Under the pieces are notes generated by a model. The model saw only the letters and a program-made list of their open reading frames with translations. It did no database searches and was not told the origin of the DNA. From assembly GCA_030539515.1 (NCBI GenBank), contig JAUNXZ010000001.1:1-41665 (forward strand): a stretch of 41,665 nucleotides of DNA, given 5' to 3'. Position numbers and translations under genes: made by a program. The DNA comes from Thermoplasmata archaeon (GTDB taxonomy: Archaea > Thermoplasmatota > Thermoplasmata > Methanomassiliicoccales > Methanomethylophilaceae). Position 1 is the stretch's first letter. Each line of letters begins with the position of its first letter. Below are positions 29,555 to 38,904 of the stretch, in pieces.

Positions 29555-30112
29555 ATGGCAGATGTAACAGCAATCATAGCATCACCCAGGAAGGGCGGCA
29601 ACTGCGCCGCCATCGTGAACATGATGGTCGACGTCCTCACGGCGGAGGGCAAGACCGTCGACGTGTACAGGCTCAACGATATCGAGGGCAAGGGATGCCA
29701 GGCGTGCTACGCGTGCAAGAAGGCCGGGAAGTGCGTCAGGAAGGACGGGTTCACACCCGTGCTCGAGTCCATCGCCCAGAGCGGGTCCCTGATCCTGGCC
29801 ACCCCCGACTACTTCGGTCAGGCGTGCGCCCAGTACAGGCTCCTGGAGGACCGCATGTACGGATACGTCGGGATGGACGCCGAGGGCAACTTCACCGCGA
29901 ACATCCCCGCGGGCAAGAAGGTCGCCGTCGTGGTGACCTCCGGATCCGGCGCCGGCGCCGACAACATCGTCAACGGCATCAAGGGCGTCATGGGCGGATT
30001 CCTCAAGTGCGACGTTGTCGGAGAGATAAACTACAAGGAGGGCCCTTCGGGACCTGCAGCCGAGAACGCGGAGGCCATGGCGGAAGCCGAGGCCCTCGCC
30101 AAGAAGCTCTGA
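29555..30112 (+). CDS. Iron-sulfur flavoprotein / NADPH-dependent FMN reductase family
   Basis: ASPRKGGN, CQACYACKKAGKC (Isf-type Cys motif), ATPDYFG. Confidence 0.9.
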   Translation: MADVTAIIASPRKGGNCAAIVNMMVDVLTAEGKTVDVYRLNDIEGKGCQACYACKKAGKCVRKDGFTPVLESIAQSGSLILATPDYFGQACAQYRLLEDRMYGYVGMDAEGNFTANIPAGKKVAVVVTSGSGAGADNIVNGIKGVMGGFLKCDVVGEINYKEGPSGPAAENAEAMAEAEALAKKL

Positions 30113-30135
30113 GCAAGAGAAAGGAGTGATGGGAA

Positions 30136-30537
30136 ATGAGCAAGGCAGTCATCTACGCAACCGGGATCACGAAGAACACCAAAGCGTTCGCCGACTACAT
30201 CGCGAAGCAGACAGGCGCGGACGTCTTCAACCTGAAGGACCTGAGCAAGATCGACATCAGCGGGTACGACACGATCGTCTTCGGCACCGGCATCCACGCC
30301 GGCAAGCCCTACAAGCCCGTGGTGGAGTTCCTCGAGGCCAACAGGGACGCGCTGGCCGGCAAGAAGCAGTACCTCTTCATCGACTGCATGTACAGCGGCG
30401 AGAAGGGCGACGCCCAGTGCAAGAAGGTCTCCGAGCAGCTCGGCATCCCCGACGCGGTCTACTTCAACAAGAAGGGCGAGGAGATGAACGAGGCCGGGTT
30501 CCCCAAGGCCGTCGACGAGTTCATCGCGAGGCTCTGA
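30136..30537 (+). CDS. Flavodoxin-like protein
   Basis: AVIYATGITKNTKAFADYIA, YDTIVFGTGIHAG. Confidence 0.85.
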   Translation: MSKAVIYATGITKNTKAFADYIAKQTGADVFNLKDLSKIDISGYDTIVFGTGIHAGKPYKPVVEFLEANRDALAGKKQYLFIDCMYSGEKGDAQCKKVSEQLGIPDAVYFNKKGEEMNEAGFPKAVDEFIARL

Positions 30538-30542
30538 TCCCG

Positions 30543-30824
30543 ATGGTGACGATTGCCACCTCGACGATCCTGCTGGTCTACGTGATAGTGAACGCGGTCG
30601 TCTTCGGGATGTACCTGCTGGACAAGTACAAGGCGAAGAACGACAAGTGGCGCACCCCGGAGTCCACGCTCCTCATCGGAGCCCTGCTCGGGCCATGGGG
30701 CGCCGCCATCGGCATGAAGGTGGCCCACCACAAGACGCGCAAGCCCAAGTTCAAGCTGGTGTACGTCTTCCTGGTGCTCCACATCGCCGTCATCGCGTAC
30801 CTTCTGGGCAGCGGAACGCTGTGA
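30543..30824 (+). CDS. DUF1294 family membrane protein
   Basis: DKYKA..WRTPESTLL, HHKTRKPKF. Confidence 0.88.
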   Translation: MVTIATSTILLVYVIVNAVVFGMYLLDKYKAKNDKWRTPESTLLIGALLGPWGAAIGMKVAHHKTRKPKFKLVYVFLVLHIAVIAYLLGSGTL

Positions 30825-30830
30825 AACAAC

Positions 30831-30858
30831 GGCCCTCCGGGGCCTTTTCCCTTCTTTT
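30831..30858 (+). terminator. Hairpin plus pyrimidine-tract terminator
   Basis: GGCCC-TCCG-GGGCC followed by TTTTCCCTTCTTTT, just after the DUF1294 stop. Confidence 0.7.
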
Positions 30859-30935
30859 AAGTTTAGCCTAAATAAGTGACACCGTGTCGTTAACTTGATA
30901 TACGACACCGCCGTGGTCATCAACGGGCATATCTC

Positions 30936-31487
30936 ATGGCAGATGTAACAGCAATCATTGCGACTCCGAGGAAGAACGGCAACTGCGTCGCGATCGTGAA
31001 CAGGATGGTCGAGACCCTCCGGGCCGAGGGGAAGACCGTCGACGTGTTCAACCTCAGGGACGTCCAGGGAAGCGGATGCGTCGCGTGCTACGCGTGCAAG
31101 AAGGCCGGGAAGTGCGTCAGGAAGGACGGCATCACCCCCATCCTTGACTCCATCGCGCAGAGCGGCTCGCTCATCATGGCCGTCCCCGACTACTTCGGGC
31201 AGCCCTGCTCCCAGTACAGGGTCCTGGAGGACCGCCTCTACGGGTTCGTCGGCATGAACGAGAACGGGTTCTTCAGCACCGTCCCCGGCAAGAAGGCCGC
31301 CGTCGTGGTGACCTCCGGGTCCGGCGTAGAGTCCGACGACGTCATCAGGAGCGTCTCCAAGGTCCTGACCAACTACCTCCAGGCGGAGGTCGTGGGCACC
31401 ATGCACTACCAGGAGAGGCCGGACGGCCCCGCCGCCGAGAACCCCGGGGCCCTCGACGAGGCTTCCGCCCTCGCGAAGAAGCTCTGA
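30936..31487 (+). CDS. Iron-sulfur flavoprotein / FMN reductase family (paralogue of 29555-30112)
   Basis: ATPRKNGN, CVACYACKKAGKC, AVPDYFG. Confidence 0.9.
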   Translation: MADVTAIIATPRKNGNCVAIVNRMVETLRAEGKTVDVFNLRDVQGSGCVACYACKKAGKCVRKDGITPILDSIAQSGSLIMAVPDYFGQPCSQYRVLEDRLYGFVGMNENGFFSTVPGKKAAVVVTSGSGVESDDVIRSVSKVLTNYLQAEVVGTMHYQERPDGPAAENPGALDEASALAKKL

Positions 31488-31496
31488 GAACCAAAA

Positions 31497-31528
31497 GGTC
31501 CCCTCCGGGGGACCGCCTTTCCCTTCTC
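31497..31528 (+). terminator. Hairpin plus pyrimidine-tract terminator (between convergent genes)
   Basis: GGTCCCC-TCCG-GGGGACC followed by GCCTTTCCCTTCTC. Confidence 0.7.
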
Positions 31529-32470
31529 TCAATCCAGGTCGTGGAGCTTCCGGACGTCGGTCTCCATGCCGGGCTGCCCGAGGAGCACCACGCGGCTGTC
31601 CTCGCGCTCGTTTATGATCGACATCCCTATGCGGTCGCCCAGCTGCCTGGAGAAGTCCTTGACCTCGGCGAAGGACGGCATGCAGTCTATGGTGAGCCTG
31701 GTGCGGGAGCCTCCGACGAACACGTACCCCTTGGGCTCGACGAGGTCCGGGTCGGCGATCCTGTCGAGGGCAGCGTACTCGTCCAGCCACCCGAAGTTCT
31801 CGTTCTTAACGAGGGTGTGGCGGATGACGGTGCGGGTGTCGAGCGACGGGAGCATCTCCAGCGTGCGCATGATGCGCTCCCACCCGTCCTTTATCTTGGG
31901 CCTGCACACCCGGGTGTAGACCTGCGGGTTGGGGGCGGCGACGGTGACGTAGAGCTGCATGGGGAGCACGTCGAGCTCCTCGAGGCGCTCGGGGTACGTC
32001 CCGTTGGTGACCATGAACGTGGTCATGCCCCTGGAATGGCACTCCCTGAGGAAATCGGACAGATACGGGTAGGTGATGGGCTCCCCGGCCAGCGAGATCG
32101 CGACCTGGTTGGGGTTCCTGGCCTCCTCGAAGCGGTCGAGGTCGCACCTCGGGTCCCCCTTGAACCCGGAGACTAGCTTCCTCTGCTGCTCTATGAGGTT
32201 GTCCAGCATCTCCTTGGGCTCCGCCCAGTCCCTGACCTCGAAGTCGTGCTCCTGGACCCTCCAGCAGAAGGTGCAGCGGTGGCTGCACTCGTTGATCGCC
32301 GGGGTCATCTGGAGGCACCTGTGCGAGTCGATGCCGTAGAAGTCCTGCTTGTAGCAGTGCCTCCCGCGGAGCATGCTCTCCTTCATCCAGTGGCAGAGCT
32401 TGACCGCGGAGTGGTCGTTGTACAGCCTGTACTGCTGCTTGATCAGGAGGTCGCGGTATCCGTCGTCCAT
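31529..32470 (-). CDS. taw1: tRNA 4-demethylwyosine synthase Taw1 (TYW1, radical SAM)
   Basis: HSAVKLCHW, CYKQDFYGIDSHRCLQMTP, CSHRCTFCWR, AISLAGEP, VTNG. Confidence 0.95.
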   Translation of the reverse strand: MDDGYRDLLIKQQYRLYNDHSAVKLCHWMKESMLRGRHCYKQDFYGIDSHRCLQMTPAINECSHRCTFCWRVQEHDFEVRDWAEPKEMLDNLIEQQRKLVSGFKGDPRCDLDRFEEARNPNQVAISLAGEPITYPYLSDFLRECHSRGMTTFMVTNGTYPERLEELDVLPMQLYVTVAAPNPQVYTRVCRPKIKDGWERIMRTLEMLPSLDTRTVIRHTLVKNENFGWLDEYAALDRIADPDLVEPKGYVFVGGSRTRLTIDCMPSFAEVKDFSRQLGDRIGMSIINEREDSRVVLLGQPGMETDVRKLHDLD

Positions 32471-32477
32471 GCTATCA

Positions 32478-33947
32478 TCGGAAATCGAATAGGCTGCGCT
32501 GGTTCTTCGGCCTAGCAGGAGGCTCGGGAGCAGGCTTGGGAGGCTCCGGGACGGCCTTCGGGGGCTCGGGGGCCACGGGGGCATCGATGCTCGCCGGAGC
32601 CGCCCTCGGCGCCTCGGAGCGGGCCTTCTCGGCGCGCTCCTCCATGAACTTCTCGGCGGCGGCCATCGCGGTCTTGACGTCCTTGGAGTCAGGCTTCTTC
32701 CTTATGAGCATCGCCAGCTCGTCCTCGTCCAGGCAGAGGTCCGCCACGAGCCCGGGGCGGACCTTGGGATCCGCGGACGCAAGCATGGACAGCATCGGGA
32801 TCACGTCGGAGTCGGCGCGGTCCGGCGTCGTGTGCATGGCGACGGCGATCTTGTACGAGAGCGTCCCGCGGGTGCCGCGGACGCCCCTGCTGCGGGACAT
32901 CCTCATCATGTAGGACGGGAAGCGCATCCTCTCGCGGCCGCAGCGGTCAGACATGCGTGCGGTTACGAGACCGAAGGACATGAGGTCCGACGCGTAGGAC
33001 CAGAAGCCGTAGTACTGGCGCCTGCTCACGCGTCCGAGGTACATCGCCGAGCGGGAGAGCTTCTCGTACCCGCGGACCAGGTCCCCGGGGTCCACGTACT
33101 CCGTAGGCAGGTTCTCGTCTATCCACAGCAGCTTGGTGGCCGGGTCCTCGTCCACCTCCGCCAGCGCCCTGCGGGCGACGGCGGGGTCCCTGCTGCGGAA
33201 CACGGCGGAGAGCATCGAGAACAGGTCGGTGCGCACGTCCCTGTGGGACAGGCCGTCGGACATGTCCTTGGTGACTGAGGACTCGCCGATCGCCATGGAC
33301 TCCAGGTTGCGGACCGCCGCGCGCATGTCGCCGGAGGCGTTCTCCGCTATTGCCTTCATCGCTTCGGGGTCAACCTCCACGCCCTCGCGGTCCGCTATGA
33401 GGTAGAGGGCCTTGGCGATGGTGGCGGACTGCGGCTTCTTGAAGACGATCTGCAGCGTCTTGTTCTTGATGGCGCTGCTCTTCCTGCTCACGGCGTAGAA
33501 GTCGTTGACTATGAGTATGACCGGCTGGAGCGTCGATGTGATGAGCTCGTTCACCACGGGCATGGCGCCGCGGTCGCTGTTGCCGAAGAAGTTGTCCGCC
33601 TCGTCGAGGACGATGAGCTTCCTGCCGCCGGAGGACGCGTCCCCGTAGGAGCCGTCGCTCCCGAAGGTGTTGAACCTGGAGCCGCGGAGGGCGATCCCCT
33701 CGATGGCGGAGGCCTTCCTCTGGTCGGAGGCGTTCATCTCCACGATGTCCCACCCCATCTCGCGGGCGAGCGCCTCCGCGGAGGTGGTCTTCCCGACCCC
33801 GGGCGGCCCGATGAGCACCACCGCGCGCATCTCCGGTATCCCGGACTCCCAGGCCTTCGCCCAGGCGCGCAGGGTGTTGACCGCGCTGGGGTTCCCGACG
33901 ACGCCGTCCAGCGTCCTGGGGCGGTACTTCTCCGTCCAGTCGCTCAT
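32478..33947 (-). CDS. rfcL: Replication factor C large subunit
   Basis: WTEKYRP, GPPGVGKTT, EMNASDQR, LDEAD, GDMRAAV, WIDEN, Pro/Ala linker and C-terminal PIP box QRSLFDF followed by CGA-TGA-TAG. Confidence 0.96.
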
Positions 33948-34423
33948 CGGTCCTCCGGGGAGTAGGCGTAGCGCAGGATGTCCATGCACTGGTAGAAGTA
34001 CACCGCCACGTCGAGGAACATGGTGAAGACGGTCTGGGCGCGCCAGGACCAGTCGTTGAGGTACCAGATCACGACGGTCATCACGAGGAACATCGCCCCG
34101 CGGGCGTACTGCTTGAGCACGAAGTGCCCCAGGCCGAATATGTTGAAGAAGCCCGGCAGCAGCGCCAGGCCGATGGCCAGCGTCCCGTTCTTCCGGAGGT
34201 TCGGGACCATCATCGGCATCGGGGCGCTGTCGGGGAGGGCCGTCCCGCAGGTGCCGCAGAAGCGGTCGCCCGGGTGGTACGGCTCGCCGCACGCGGGGCA
34301 GGCGTTGCTCACGTAGCCCTTGTCGTCGAATAGGAACGCCTTGTCCTTCATGCAGCCGCAGTGGGGGCAGAAGTCCATGTCCCCGTCTATCTCGTTGCCG
34401 CACTCGGAGCAGACGTACCTCAC
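33947..34423 (-). CDS. Double zinc-ribbon membrane protein
   Basis: GTG start overlapping the ABC gene stop; CSECG..CPHCG..CPACG..CGTCG, TM segments with GLGHF; ends CGA-TGA overlapping the rfcL ATG. Confidence 0.8.
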
Positions 34424-35223
34424 TCTATCACCGAATCCGCCTGGTGCATGCGGTAGATCCCGCCGCTGCACTCGACAACGATGTCCTCGCCGAAAAGCTC
34501 CGAGACGCGTGCGCTGGTGAGCAGCTCCTCCTTGGGGCCGTTGGCGAAGATCCTCCCGTCCTTCACCATGACTACGCGGCTGACGGACGCGGGGATATCG
34601 GTGAGCTCGTGGGTGATCATGACGATGCTGACGCCGGCCTCGATGAGGATGTCGAACATTGCGCGGAACTTGGACTTCATGACGATGTCCAGCCCGGTCA
34701 TGGGCTCGTCGAGCACCAGCAGGTCCGGCCCGGTGACCAGGGCCCTGGCGATGAGGGCGCGCCTCATCTCCCCGAGCGAGAGGTTCTCGATCGGGCGGTC
34801 CATGAGGTCCTCGATGCCCATGGCAGTCGCGGAGCGCACCGCGGCGGCCTCCATCTCCGGCGTGAGGGAATGGTTCCTGAAGACGTCCAGGCTGTTGAAG
34901 AACCCGGAGCAGACCACCTCCCGCACCGTGGTGTCGGAGCGGAACATGGACTGCAGGTCCATGGAGACCACGCCCATGCGCCCGCGGACCTCGAACAGGT
35001 TCCACCTGTCCTGGCCGAAGATGCGCATGACGGCGGGGTGCTCCTCGTCGTAGTAGGGGTGTATGTCGCCCCTCAGAAGCTTGATCAGGGTGGTCTTGCC
35101 GGAGCCGTTGGGCCCTATGACGGCGAGGTTCTCGCCCTTGTAGATGTCGAGGTCCACGGAGTCCAGGATGCGGATGCCGCCCCTGACCACCGATACGTCC
35201 CTCAGCTCCAGCGCCTTCTCCAT
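34420..35223 (-). CDS. ABC transporter ATP-binding protein (ModF/YlmA-like)
   Basis: GPNGSGKTT, LSLGE, LVLDEP, ITH. Confidence 0.9.
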   Translation of the reverse strand: MEKALELRDVSVVRGGIRILDSVDLDIYKGENLAVIGPNGSGKTTLIKLLRGDIHPYYDEEHPAVMRIFGQDRWNLFEVRGRMGVVSMDLQSMFRSDTTVREVVCSGFFNSLDVFRNHSLTPEMEAAAVRSATAMGIEDLMDRPIENLSLGEMRRALIARALVTGPDLLVLDEPMTGLDIVMKSKFRAMFDILIEAGVSIVMITHELTDIPASVSRVVMVKDGRIFANGPKEELLTSARVSELFGEDIVVECSGGIYRMHQADSVIE

Positions 35224-35255
35224 GATGATGCGATGCGCGCGAGGTATTAATGCCC

Positions 35256-35549
35256 TCGCGCGGGCTTCGCATTCTTGACGCACTTGTCGATGGCGATGAG
35301 CAGGCTGGCGACCTGCTCGCCCGCGGGCGTGAGCGTCACTATGGTGGAGCGGGTCACCACGTCCATCTCCTGCTCGAGGAGGCCCAGCTCCTCGAGCAGG
35401 TTGAGCTTGTCCGGCATCCTGGGATTCGAAGACACGCCGTCGTAGATGTCGATCTTCCTGCTGGGGCCGTTGGCCGACAGGAATGTGAGGATCGAAATCA
35501 TGTGCTTCTCCTCGAGAGCCGTCACGCTGGCGGTGTCCTTGCGATTCAT
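35256..35549 (-). CDS. Small winged-helix DNA-binding protein
   Basis: LEEKHMISILTFL..KLNLLEELGLL..VTLTPAGEQVA pattern. End at CGA 35256-35258; standard TAA at 35247. Confidence 0.75.
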
Positions 35550-35645
35550 TGTGTCACCCTGCGTACACACATAGTGCGATACGCAGTTGCCACTATGCGA
35601 CGAACTATTTAAGCTCTGTTCACTGCCAGAACATAATAGTCGAAA

Positions 35646-37289
35646 TCAGCAAGCCTCCGGGTCGGAATTATCCGCCTTTCTGAAGTACAGCAGCGCCACG
35701 GCCATGGTTATGATGGACAGGGGCAGGGCTATCACGAGCGGGTCGGTGCTGGCCAGGAACGAGTCTGGGAACAGGACCTTCTGCCCGGTCAGCACGTTGC
35801 AGATCGGGAGGAACACGCTGGTGCCGGTGTTGATGAACAGCGCCAGGAAGAGGTACGAGACCGTCCCCACGGAGATGCTGGCCAGGGCCGCCTTCCTGCA
35901 GGGGTTCTTCGAGTACAGCGCGTGGAAGTACGCGGGGAGCAGCGCCGCGGCGGTCATGCCCATGAAGACGGACGTGGCCTTGGCGATGATGTCGCTGGGC
36001 ATCAGGTAGCAGTACACGACCAGGAGCACCATGATCAGCACGATGCAGATCCTGTTGAGCCTGACGTTCTGGGAGTCGCCCTCCATCCTGCCCTTCTTGT
36101 TCTGCCAGAGGGTGTAGAGGTCGTATCCGCCGGCTGCGCCGATCGTGTGGAGCAGGGCGCTGATCGTCGAGATGGCCGCGCAGACGAGCGAGAGCAGGAA
36201 CAGGGAGACGAAGACGTCGCCGAAGGTCATGCCGCTGAAGATCTCGAGGATGAACTGCGGGATGATGAAGTCCGTGCCGAGCCCGAGGCTGCCGATGTAG
36301 GTGTAGGCGATGGTGCCGTGCTCGTTGAAGAAGTAGACGTTCGACAGGGCGCCGACGGTGTAGGCGGACCCGACGATGACGATCATGAATATGGACCCGA
36401 TGAGCAGGGACTTGTTGAGGTCCTTGTCGGACTTGGCGGACATGAACCTGACCGCCAGCTGGGGCTGGGTGAGGGCCCCGATCCCGACTCCGAGCAGGAA
36501 CGTCGTGACGACGGTGAGCCACTCCGTGGACCCGAAGTCCGAGAAGTTCGTCCATCCGTTGAATCCAGACTGCGTTCCGGCGATGGAGCCCATCTGGGAG
36601 AACTCGGTGTCCCACAGGTTCACGAGGGCGCTGTTCCCGGCGGTGATGCCCCCGAAGTAGGAGTAGGTGACGATCAGGATGACCGCCATGCCGATGAACA
36701 TGATGGCCGCCTGGAACGCGTCGTTGTACATGACGGCGATGATTCCGCCGTAGACCACGTACACGGCGACGATGATCGCCAGGAGGATGAGGATGAGGTC
36801 GTAGTACTCGTTGAGGCCGGTGATGGTCGCAAGCGAGTTGACGCCCCCCTTCAGGACGGCGGCGGCGTAGATGGGCATCATCACGATGATGAGTATCGCG
36901 GTGAAGGCGCGGATGCCCTTGGACTTGTAGATCTTGCCGAGCAGGTCGGCGTAGGTGGAGGCGCCGAGCTCGCGGCCCTTGCGCCTGGTGGGTCCGCCGA
37001 ACACGAGGAACGCGACGATCAGTCCCACGAAGAGGTTGAGGAAGCACAGCCATATCAGCGACATACCGTGGACGGCGGCCTGGCCGCCGAAACCTATGAC
37101 CGCCGACGCGGAGAGGAAGGTGGAGCCGTATGACAGCGCGATGATCATGGGGCTGGCCTTGCTCCTTCCGAGCAGGAACTCCTGGTTGTCCTTGGTGTTC
37201 CTGTACCCGTACCATCCGAGGAGCAGTGTGATGACCACGAACACGGCCACCATGACGCCGAACACGACGAGGTCGACTCCCTCAGTCAT
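35646..37289 (-). CDS. Sodium:solute symporter family protein
   Basis: ALSYGSTFLSASAVIGFGG, YVVYGG..AVMYNDAFQ, QPQLAVRFM; about 13 TM helices. Confidence 0.93.
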   Translation of the reverse strand: MTEGVDLVVFGVMVAVFVVITLLLGWYGYRNTKDNQEFLLGRSKASPMIIALSYGSTFLSASAVIGFGGQAAVHGMSLIWLCFLNLFVGLIVAFLVFGGPTRRKGRELGASTYADLLGKIYKSKGIRAFTAILIIVMMPIYAAAVLKGGVNSLATITGLNEYYDLILILLAIIVAVYVVYGGIIAVMYNDAFQAAIMFIGMAVILIVTYSYFGGITAGNSALVNLWDTEFSQMGSIAGTQSGFNGWTNFSDFGSTEWLTVVTTFLLGVGIGALTQPQLAVRFMSAKSDKDLNKSLLIGSIFMIVIVGSAYTVGALSNVYFFNEHGTIAYTYIGSLGLGTDFIIPQFILEIFSGMTFGDVFVSLFLLSLVCAAISTISALLHTIGAAGGYDLYTLWQNKKGRMEGDSQNVRLNRICIVLIMVLLVVYCYLMPSDIIAKATSVFMGMTAAALLPAYFHALYSKNPCRKAALASISVGTVSYLFLALFINTGTSVFLPICNVLTGQKVLFPDSFLASTDPLVIALPLSIITMAVALLYFRKADNSDPEAC

Positions 37290-37410
37290 CTTCCTCGTCC
37301 TCCGCCTTTATGCCTTTCAGGTACGCGTACGCACAGCAGAACACGACGCTGAGGATGCTCAGCGCGTATCCGCCAATGATCCAGGGATCCGAGAGTCCGA
37401 AAATCTCCAT
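37282..37410 (-). CDS. Small single-TM symporter accessory protein (42 aa)
   Basis: MEIFGLSDPWIIGGYALSILSVVFCCAYAYLKGIKAEDEEDD; GGTGA SD; stop overlaps the symporter start. Below the ORF-track size cut-off. Confidence 0.8.
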   Translation of the reverse strand: MEIFGLSDPWIIGGYALSILSVVFCCAYAYLKGIKAEDEEDD

Positions 37411-37576
37411 GAATGTCACCGATGTGTTCCGTGCTAGCAATTAGCACGCTTACGCGCTCATGACCTGTCGCGTACTTAAAATATATCGTCCGCTCGGGGG
37501 GCCGGAGGGCCGCCTGAGGCCGGATACCCCCTGCGGGTAGAGGAATCGCGCCTGTTCCGAGTCGGAACGGGCAATG

Positions 37577-37584
37577 TATTATTA
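37577..37584 (+). promoter_or_regulatory. TATA-like box for SRP RNA
   Basis: TATTATTA about 22 nt upstream of the predicted 5' end of the SRP RNA. Confidence 0.55.
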
Positions 37585-37605
37585 GGTTGAGTGAAATCAG
37601 GGGTC

Positions 37606-37914
37606 CGTCTGGCTTGACCGGGGCGCTTGGCGTGCCCTATACCCGAAATCGTCAATACGCGGGGGTGACAGCAGGGGACGGCCCCGCTGAACATCACAAG
37701 CCCACAGAGCGACAATGAAATCTTGTCCTGCAGAGTCGGAGTTTGCGCCGAATGCGACCGGAGGGCCGCAGTTCACGCATCAACCGGGGGAACCGGGTCA
37801 GGTCCTGACGGGAGCAGCCTCACCTCGGACTACTGACGTTTGCGGGATCGCAGGGTCGAGGAGCGAAGTGGCAAACTTGTGGTCGGATGCAGGGACAACC
37901 CCTGTGGCCAGGCG
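37606..37914 (+). ncRNA. ffs: Archaeal signal recognition particle RNA (7S)
   Basis: Terminal helix CGTCTGGC/GCCAGGCG; Alu domain with complementary loops TTGGCG/CGTCAA; helix 6 GCGACC-GGAG-GGCCGC; helix 8 TCAGGTCC-TGAC-GGGAGCAGCC; about 310 nt. Ends approximate. Confidence 0.92.
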
Positions 37915-37923
37915 CTTCTCCGC

Positions 37924-38904
37924 TCAATGAGCGTTTGGCCTGCAGCCCGTTATGATCTCGGTGCCGAAGTCGAAGACCGTGGCGGTCTCCTTCCCATCCG
38001 TTATCTTGAGAACCGATGTGTCGTCCACCTTCCCGACCACTGCGCCCCTGCAGGAGACCTCCTCGAAGATGTCGATGATCTCCTGGGAGTTCTCCGGGGG
38101 GCATGCGAAGCAGAACCCGCATCCCTGGTAGGCGAGCACCCATCTGACCGGGTCCGCGTTCTCGGGCGAGGGTATCCTGGTGACGTCGACGGTGGCGCCG
38201 ACTCCCGAGGACTCGAGCATCATGCCTAGGGTCCCGATGCTGCCGGGGTTGCTCATGTCCTTGCACGAGTGGGCCAGGTGCCTCTCGCCGACCACGGCGG
38301 CGGCCTCCATCTGCGCCCTCACGAGCTCGTCGGGCTTGTCGACCGTGGTGACGAACGCGTAGGGCAGGTGGTCCGGGTAGAATCCGTCGGTGTCTATCAC
38401 GAACACGATGTCGTCGCCGGGCCGGGCGGTGCTGCTCCTTAAGAGCGCGTCCTTGGCGACCTTGCCGACGATGGAGATGTCGATGGCGTTGTAGTGGCAG
38501 TCCGGGTGCACGTGGCCTCCCACGATCGGCACTCCGAACTTGCGGATGCCGTCCTGCATCCCGCGGATGATCTCCCTGCACACGTTGCCGTGGACGATGG
38601 ACATGACGTCCACCATGCCGAGGGCGCGACCTCCCATGGCGGCGATGTCGTTGACGTTGACGAGAACGGCGAAGTACCCCGCGTAGTAGGGGTCGGTGCT
38701 CACGAGGGACTCCATGATGCCGTCCGCCGCGAACAGGATGTACTGGTCGCCCACGTCGATGGCCGCCGCGTCCTCGCCCTCTGCGGCCGCAACCTGCGGG
38801 AACCCCGTGGTCGGCAGCAGGTCCACGATCTTGTGGATGGCGTGCTTCCTGGTCACGCCGGGGTAGGTGCGGATGGCCTCCGCGATCTCTCCGATCGACG
38901 CCAC
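37924..38904 (-). CDS. Methanogenesis marker 2 protein (AIR synthase/PurM-like)
   Basis: YPGVTRK, GEDAAAI, LVNVNDIAAMGG, VGGHVHPD, KDMSNPG. GTG start with AGGAGG upstream. Confidence 0.85.
   Translation of the reverse strand: MASIGEIAEAIRTYPGVTRKHAIHKIVDLLPTTGFPQVAAAEGEDAAAIDVGDQYILFAADGIMESLVSTDPYYAGYFAVLVNVNDIAAMGGRALGMVDVMSIVHGNVCREIIRGMQDGIRKFGVPIVGGHVHPDCHYNAIDISIVGKVAKDALLRSSTARPGDDIVFVIDTDGFYPDHLPYAFVTTVDKPDELVRAQMEAAAVVGERHLAHSCKDMSNPGSIGTLGMMLESSGVGATVDVTRIPSPENADPVRWVLAYQGCGFCFACPPENSQEIIDIFEEVSCRGAVVGKVDDTSVLKITDGKETATVFDFGTEIITGCRPNAH

Noticed and set aside
32510-32580. Repeated PEPPK-like units near the end of rfcL
   Set aside because: Ordinary low-complexity linker before the PIP box, common in RFC large subunits.
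37490-37572. GC-rich hairpins between the symporter and SRP promoters as a separate ncRNA or riboswitch
   Set aside because: One good hairpin (GCCTGTTCCGA-G-TCGGAACGGGC) but no recognisable family motif, and it lies upstream of both TATA boxes.
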